From NCBI RefSeq assembly GCF_006345805.1, contig NC_043023.1:7936001-8000000 (forward strand): a DNA stretch of 64,000 bases. The letters run 5' to 3'. The position numbers and the translations under genes were made by a program. Each line of letters opens with the position of its first letter. Within the stretch, counting starts at the first letter, position 1. Under the pieces are notes generated by a model. The model searched no databases. It was not told the DNA's origin and was given only the letters and a program-made list of their open reading frames with translations. This DNA comes from Octopus sinensis. Its lineage: Eukaryota. Below are positions 60,431 through 64,000 of this stretch, in pieces.

Positions 60431-61261
60431 ATGACAAATTATCCTGTCATAATGAATAATTTAACTGAACCTAAAAACCCTGATACAAGAGAGAAACCAT
60501 ATTTCTGTGATGTCTGTGAAAAATCATTCTCTCGAAGAAATCACTTGACTATTCACAAGTGTATTAATACAGGAGAAATGCCATATCATTGTAATATCTG
60601 TGGTGAATCATTTTCTCTAAATAGCACTTTAACTCGACATAATCGTGTTCATACAGGAGAAAAGCCATTTCATTGTGGTATCTGTGGTAAAACATTCTCT
60701 CAAAGTAATGGCTTAACTAAACACAGGCGCGTTCACACTGGAGAGAAACCATATCATTGTGATATCTGTGGTAAATCATTCTCTTGTAGTAGCCACTTGT
60801 CTGATCATAAATGCATTCATACAGGGGAAAAACCATATCATTGTGATATCTGTGGTAAAGCATTCTCTGAAAATGGCACTTTAACTAAACACAAACGCAT
60901 TCATACAGGAGAGAAGCCATATCATTGTAAGATCTGTGGCAAATCATTCATTGAAAGTGGTAACTTGAATAAGCACAAGCGTGTTCATACAGGAGAGAAA
61001 CCATATCATTGTGATATCTGTGGTGAATCATTTTCTCAAAATAGCCACCTGTCTAAACATAAACGTATTCATACAGGAGAGAAACCTCATCATTGTGATA
61101 TCTGTGGTAAATCATTTTCTGAAAATAGCACTTTAACTAGTCACAAATATACTCATACAAGCGAGAAGCCATATTGTGACATCTGTGCTAAAACATTCTC
61201 TTGTAGTAGCCACTTGACTAAACACAAGCGCGTTCATAGAGGAGAGGAATTATATCCTTGA
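60431..61261 (+). CDS. C2H2 zinc-finger protein A3, 9 finger units; A-type 5' end and B-type 3' end
   Basis: A-type leader and fingers, then NSHLSKH, KYTHTSEK and CAKTFSCSSHLTKH..ELYP* shared with 43560-43806. Confidence 0.88.
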   Translation: MTNYPVIMNNLTEPKNPDTREKPYFCDVCEKSFSRRNHLTIHKCINTGEMPYHCNICGESFSLNSTLTRHNRVHTGEKPFHCGICGKTFSQSNGLTKHRRVHTGEKPYHCDICGKSFSCSSHLSDHKCIHTGEKPYHCDICGKAFSENGTLTKHKRIHTGEKPYHCKICGKSFIESGNLNKHKRVHTGEKPYHCDICGESFSQNSHLSKHKRIHTGEKPHHCDICGKSFSENSTLTSHKYTHTSEKPYCDICAKTFSCSSHLTKHKRVHRGEELYP

Positions 61262-64000
61262 GATATCTGTGGTTAATCATTCTCTTATAATACTCACTTG
61301 ACTAATCATAAACATATTTGTACTGGGGGGAAAAATTCACATCACTGTGATATCTGTGATGAATAATTCTTTCAAAATGGCTACTTCAGTACACATGTGA
61401 GTATTCACACACAACTGTAGCTGTACCAGTATTGAAATTAATTACAACACGACAACAATAACTTCTATTTTTCTCTGCTAAAAGGCGTTTTTTTTTATCT
61501 CTTCAAATTTGATGTTATCAACTTCAAACTCATGAATATGAACCTGAATGCCATGTATATATGGAAATATATCAACACAACAAAGCCTTTGAGGTGTCTT
61601 CACAAGACACCAGCGTATTTATTCAGGGGAGAAGCCATATCAGTGTGATATCTGTGGTACATCATTCTCAAAACAATCTCACTTCAGTACACGTTTGTGT
61701 ATACACACTCAAGTGTGACTATATAAGTTTTAAAATTTGTTACAACATACCTAAAATTACTTCTAGTTTTTCTGCAAAGAGACAGGGATTTTTTTTATCT
61801 CTTCAAATTTCATGGTATAAACTTCAATTTCATCAATGTCAACATCAAATTCAGCAAAGACTTTGATTTCTGAAGATGGTCATGCTGGAGTTTTGTCGAA
61901 TTTGTTATGATAGAATAAAGAAATGGGAATAATGAATAAAAACTGAATTAAACTGAAATTGGTTTTGTCTATTAACTTTCATCATTGTCGTCATTTTCAT
62001 CATCATCATCCTTCAGCGATAGCTTTTCTTTATATGCTGTGATGGGGGGACAGTTTGACATGAGCTGGCAAGCCCTAATGCTGCACTAGGTTCCAGTCTG
62101 ATTTGTTTTGGTTGCTTTGGATGTATTCTCCTAATATTAACCAGTTTACATTTTATGCTGTGTGCTTTATATCATCATCATCATCATCATTTAACATCCG
62201 CCTTCCAAGCTAGCATGGGTTGGACGAGTTGGACGATTTGACTGAGGACTGGTGAATGAAATGGCTGCACCAGGCTCCTTTCTGATCTGGCAGAGTTTGG
62301 ACAGCTTGATGCCCTTCCTAATGCCAACCACTCCAAGAGTGTAGTGGGTCCTTATACATGTCACTGGCATGAGGACTTGTCAGGCTGTACTGGCAACGGC
62401 CACGCTCAAATGGTGATTTTTACGTGCCACCTGCACAGGAAACAGTCCAGCAGCACTGGCAATGACCTCTCTCGAATACTTTTTCACGTGCCATCGGCAT
62501 ATGTGCCAGTAAGACAGTGCTGGTAACGATCATGCTCAAATGGTGCTTTTTACCTGCCACACAGCATATATATATATTTATAAAATTTAATAAGGGTAGA
62601 AATTGATATTAATCAATTAAAACCAATTCATATTAAAAAATCCAAAGATTAAAATATTTTTTACATACAAAATTTAAAGGACTGACCACTAAAAGTTAGT
62701 GGTCAGTCATTTGAGTTTTGTAGGTAAAAAATATATATATATATATATGTGGAAGGGCATCCAGCTGTAGAAACTCTGCCAGATCAGACTGGAGCCTGGT
62801 GCAGGCAATTTAAAAACACAAACCAAACACCACCTTCCTTTCACTTCCCACTCTCTCTCTCTCATGACCTCACTGTCCCTCCTCGGATCTTTTCCTTTTG
62901 AACGGCAGACAATTTCTAGTTAACTAAACACTTTAAAACTTCATATACTGGTAGAATGTGTCAAAATAAAACATTTTTTTCTCTTGGCTTTCTTGAGAAA
63001 ACTGTAATTTGTTTGTTTAACGTAGTTTAATTTTTCGAATTTTAACCACTGAATCGCCTCTAATTGAGCTAAAATCATTTGCTGCGTCTAAAACTGAGAC
63101 AACATCCTGTCACTAATCCTAACCCTCAATTTTTATTGTTTTTAATTGTTAAATTAATTTAATTGTTACGCATGTAAAAAAAAACATCCATTGCTTTAGT
63201 TTTTTTTTAGATGCGTAACAATTAATAAAAAAAAAATTAGGGTTAAGGTTAGGTTGAGGGTTAGTGACAGGATGTTATCTCAGTTTTAGACGCAGCAAAT
63301 GATTTTAGCTCAAAGGAGGTAATCGATTGGTTAAAATTGCCGAATTGCTCGAAATTTCAGACGAAATATCTTACAAACTATAGAATTTTCTCAATAAAAC
63401 CAAGAGAAAATGTTGTTTTATAAACACATTCGACCAGTATACGAAGTTTAAAAGTGTTTAGTTAACTAGAAATTGTGTTGACATCTGGCGTTCAAAAGGA
63501 AAAGATTCCCCATCTCTTTTGCTCTGCTTCTCACTTGAGCTATTGTCGCCCTTTTCAAGTCTAGCCAGGCTCATGGAACCGGTTTCTGTGACGTATGTGG
63601 AATATTTTCCTTTTGAACGGCATTTCAGCAATTTTAACCAATTGATTACCTCCAATCAACTAAAATCATTTGCTGTGACTAAAAGTGAGACAACATCCTG
63701 TCACTAACCTTAAACCTCCCCCCTATCCCTAACCCTAAATTTTTTCTCTTACTTGTTAAATTAATTTAATTCCATTGCTTTAGTTTTTTTTACACTCGTA
63801 ACAATGAAGAAAAAAAAAATTTAGGGTTAGGGGGGAGGTTTAGGGTGAGTTACAGGATGTTGTCTAAGTTTTAGATGCAGCAAATGATTTTAGCTCAAAA
63901 GAGAGCATAGGATTGGTTAAAATTCGAAAAATTAAACTACGTTAAACAAACAAATTACAATTTTGTCGAGAAAGTCAAGAGAAAAAGGCGTTCTATTTTG
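61030..64000 (+). repeat. Segmental duplicate of ~43570-48036 (lacking the 168-bp array and the LTR-like insert)
   Basis: Collinear UTR, RTE, hairpin, MITE and SINE junctions; the last 20 bases match ~48017-48036. Confidence 0.9.

Overview
AT-rich, repeat-dense eukaryotic DNA. From the repeat families and the C2H2 zinc-finger cluster it is most likely an octopus (cephalopod) genome; this is an inference and no search was run. Bases 1-30 kb contain no supportable host gene. They hold nested tRNA-derived SINEs (at least 4 families), LINE relics (L1/Tx1, CR1, RTE, CRE-like), a mariner relic, LTR relics, Penelope-like segments with hammerhead-ribozyme motifs, two satellites (149 bp and 97 bp) and many copies of a GGATC-ended, 8-bp-TSD, TTAGGG-containing MITE/foldback family (Merlin-like). 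Bases 30.5-64 kb are a tandem + strand cluster of four C2H2 zinc-finger genes with no effector domain, here called A1 (15 fingers), B (13), A2 (14) and A3 (9), plus a headless 12-finger array. Main observations: (i) gene A2 sits between two MITE ends that share one target-site duplication inside one split SINE, so MITEs appear to mobilise or duplicate ZNF genes; (ii) finger arrays are reshuffled while flanking DNA is nearly identical, and A3 is an A/B chimera; (iii) fingers turn into satellites (76 bp and 168 bp), and dead fingers supply the start codon and UTRs; (iv) a hammerhead ribozyme with a compensatory U3:A8 core lies in a 362-bp tandem/inverted element. All coordinates, copy counts and similarities were read by eye, and repeat boundaries are approximate.
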